DNA of 10,612 nucleotides from Geosiphon pyriformis uo1 (lineage: Eukaryota; Fungi; Glomeromycota): positions 1 through 10,612 of the forward strand of contig JAAOMT010000584.1 in the NCBI GenBank assembly GCA_016748015.1. The letters run 5' to 3'. Positions 7,647 to 10,612 of this stretch are shown one piece after another. Every line of letters starts with the position of its first letter. Position 1 is the stretch's first letter. Both the position numbers and the translations under genes were made by a program. The notes under the pieces were generated by a model. The model saw only the letters and a list, made by a program, of their open reading frames with translations. It made no database searches and was not told where the DNA came from.

Positions 7647-10612
7647 ATGAAAATGAAGCAGTTTTTCTTAACCATTCTCTTTAATCATTACCTTTTGATT
7701 ATTTGGATGTTTTTAGCTTATTTTATTTCAATTACAAAGCCAACAATGAATCAAACGGTACATAAACTTGATTCCATCGGACGTTGTCTCGTTATTGAAT
7801 TATTGGTCCAACAAGATAGAACAATTATACTTTCACTTCGGTGCCCATATAATAATTCCTTTCTCAAGTTTACACCTGATGGCACAGCTTCTCTAAATAA
7901 CTACACTGATATTGAAATATTAAACTCTAATTATTTTTTAGTGGCTTATAACAGTCCAGAACACAGCAATCTATTTTCGTGGAATGGAACATTAATTCAA
8001 AGGTTTTTGTTTAATAACTCTTAAAGATAAAAATCTTTTGATTTTAAAAAAATAAACTTTATATTGATACAACACTTTATACAGTGATCTATTTAAAATT
8101 GACGATCTATTTAAATATGCCTTTCCTTTAAATTGTCAGTCAACAAAAAATATTCAACAAGATAAAAAACTCCTTAGGACTTGTAGAGTTTTTAATTATA
8201 ATTCGAACAGTGAAGAAATAGAATGGACTGTTTTTAATGCTCCGTAAGTTAATGTACATTATATATAATAATTGAATATGAATTTCAAATAAATAACCTT
8301 ACACATTCAATTCACATTTAGAACCTATTCCAACGAAAACATCACCCCAATACATCATTCCAAGTTTAAAATGAAAGGGAATTCTGAGGGTTCTTCAACT
8401 TTTGACACAATCGACGGAAGCTTCGGATTAGCATATCTGGCTAAATTTGATCTCAATACAAACATAAAGACATACTCATTATACGTTACATTTTGGGAGC
8501 CGGAAACAGCTGATTTTGGTCCTCATTTTCTACTCCACCAAAGTGAATCAACTTCTGAACGTTTATATGAAAGTTTATCTAATTGTGGTGCTCAAATAAA
8601 TGCTGTGGGATATTATTGTGATCTGGGAAAAAACCGAATATCATTTCTCCGAAGTGGGGCAGTATTAGAATTCAACACTGATAATATTGATACTACAATC
8701 TCACTGGCTTATGGTGGATTATTAAAAAAAATATGGTTCGGGGAAGATACAGTATTCGAATTATATGATCAAAATGAAGCTAAGAATGATTCATGGAATA
8801 TCTCGGGTCTGTTTAGTGACAATTCCTATACTATCTTATCAAACAATACTTTTTGGGCTGTTACATCAGTCGGGAACAATGTTACCGTCTATACTAAAAA
8901 TTTACCATCCTTTTTAAAAAAAGGTTAGTAAGATTAAATGGAATGAGGTAGATTTTCATGATTTTTATTAATTTTTTTATTATTTGAACAGACACTAGAT
9001 ATGAAAATCCTTTTATCAATACTACCAACCCTCGTATTAATGAAACGATTCCATTTGGGGCTCGAGAAATAAAGATTAATTATTCCGTGGAAATTGCACT
9101 TTCAAATAATAATATTTCTATCTATCAAAACAATGAAACTGAACCAATTCTGAGGCAAAGTATCTCTGCAAAGTCACAATATTGTCATGTGGATAATAAA
9201 ACTATTAGAGTGGATGTTTTTGGAAGCACATTTAATCAACCGGATAAAGATTATTTTATTGTCGTCGATAATAATTTTGTGAAAGATGTACAATATAATG
9301 AAGCCATTAAAGGTATTAATAGAAATATATGGCAATTTAAAACAGGTAAACGTACATATTTTTAATTTTTTCTTTTCTGACAAATTTGTTTTAAAGATTA
9401 ATAATTCATTGATTCATTCGTTTGTTTGTTTGTTTGTTTTTTCATTTCGTTTGAATGCTTTAGATGGAAAAGAAAGCAAACATGCAGGTAAGAAGGTTTA
9501 TTGTTTATTTTTTATTTTTTATTTTTTATTAGAAAATTTTTAAGGTCGCTATCTAAATAAAATACATAATAATTATTGATTTTAAGCTACCCTGATTGGA
9601 TTCTTACGTCTGAATACAAATTTCTCGGATTTCAACAAAATTAACAACGAACGAGAAGTTTTCAAAACACTTGAAAATCAATTATCTTTTACAATTCCTG
9701 TTGAAAGAAGTCGTATCAAAATTATTGATCATAAGACTGATAAATCTAAATCAGAATCAGTAGGCCGAGAAATAATAGTACTTCAAATTTCTTCAAAAAG
9801 CGGTTCTAAAAATCCAATGGAAATTGCACATGACCTCAATGCATTAATCGAAAATAAATGGTTCACTCCCATTAGCACTTATTCATACACGGGCTTTTTA
9901 GATGAGACTTTTGGGTTCCAAGTTCAACGTGAGCGAGCATTAATTAATATTCATTATTTGATTTCTATTAAACTGTATATCATTTAATAATTATTTGTTT
10001 TTAGCAAATTTTTGGAAAGAATATAAATTTCAACTAATTGCAATTCCTTTTATTGCAATAATATTAATGGCTCTATATTTTATAGGAAAAAAGAAAAATC
10101 CAAAGGTATTTGATTTATTTTTTTGCTGTTATATTGGGATTTAATTATTGTGGTTTAAAGTTTAAAATTAAATAACTATTTTAATAACTTTTACAAATTT
10201 TAGGGTAATAGCTTTGCAGTTGTTTCTATTACATTAATTCTAGTCGATATCATATTTGACATCACATTCACTATAAAAAACGGAAAAGATGTGGGATTTT
10301 TATATTTACCAAGGTAATTAATTTGTAAATTGTAAATGCATTAATAATTTAAGAACAACAAAGATAATTAATTCATATATGTTTCTTTGAACAGTATTAT
10401 ATTCCTAGCAATACCTTTTCTTTTCAACACAGGACTGGCAGGATACATCATATTCAATGAGATTAGCATTAATAGTGAATATGTTGTATGGTTTCGGCAA
10501 TTTGGCAAGCCCGCTTCCTTATTTACTATACTATCTGCCGCTGATATAGATGCTCTGAATCTTTTGCATTCAAAGTATGCAAACTTAGGGATTTTCAGTG
10601 CACCGATTTCCA
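7647..10612 (+). CDS. Multi-exon cell-surface membrane protein: signal peptide, ectodomain, SbsA/Big_5-like Ig domain, multi-TM C-terminus (Glomeromycota-type uncharacterised family); truncated by window end
   Basis: Hand-spliced exons 7647-8002, 8085-8243, 8322-8923, 8992-9345, 9464-9487, 9587-9928, 10005-10105, 10204-10313, 10395->10612. All 8 introns are GT..AG, 68-118 nt, and phases join into one stop-free frame of 755 codons. N-terminus MKMKQFFLTILFNHYLLIIWMFLAYFISIT is hydrophobic; about 15 N-x-S/T sequons before the first TM; TM segments LIAIPFIAIILMALYFIG, SFAVVSITLILVDIIFDITFTI, LYLPSIIFLAIPFLFNTGLAGYIIF. It absorbs ORFs 7647..8024, 8371..8928 and 9087..9365. Confidence 0.93.
8992..9345 (+). 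other. Exon 4: SbsA Ig-like (Big_5-type) domain
   Basis: YENPFINTTNPRINETIPFGAREIKINYSVEIALSNNNISIYQ...LRQSIS...VFGSTFNQPDKDYFIVVDNNFVKD...EAIKGINRNIWQFKT fits the pattern I recall for this domain (I.sT.P...start, i.i.f, Y.v.v, terminal W.F.T). Recognised by eye, no HMM run. Exon is symmetric, phase 1-1. Confidence 0.65.
9421..9436 (+). repeat. (TTTG)4 intronic repeat upstream of the microexon
   Basis: tttgtttgtttgtttg in intron 4. Confidence 0.8.
9464..9487 (+). other. 24-nt microexon (DGKESKHA) of the membrane-protein gene
   Basis: Acceptor gctttag at 9463 and strong donor CAG|GTAAGA at 9488; phase 1-1; flanking introns 118 and 99 nt. Confidence 0.75.

Noticed and set aside
9174-9543. ORFs 9174..9383 (-) and 9286..9543 (+)
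   Set aside because: Antisense or intron read-through shadows of the spliced gene; only DGKESKHA corresponds to the predicted microexon.
1-10612. Prokaryotic operon, defence system, CRISPR array or alternative genetic code explaining the short ORFs
   Set aside because: Spliceosomal introns under the standard code explain the fragmentation of the main gene; no repeat-spacer structure was seen.

Overview
Very AT-rich eukaryotic DNA (roughly 20-25% GC by eye) with short GT-AG introns. Composition, intron style and gene families point to an arbuscular mycorrhizal fungus (Glomeromycota); this is an inference. The ORF track is fragmented by introns. Manual splicing gives: (1) an intact + strand gene of at least 9 exons from 7647 running off the right edge (755+ codons), encoding a signal peptide, a glycosylated beta-rich ectodomain, an SbsA/Big_5-like Ig domain, a juxtamembrane domain and a multi-pass membrane region with a DxxxD motif reminiscent of XK-related scramblases; (2) a - strand 5-exon class-3 lipase-like pseudogene (about 4138-2741) whose nucleophile elbow reads GYGLGG instead of GHSLGG; (3) weaker spliced gene candidates at about 4771-5292 and 270-960; (4) an extremely AT-rich tract (about 1590-2560) and several microsatellites. 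No RNA genes, CRISPR arrays or recognisable transposon ORFs were seen.
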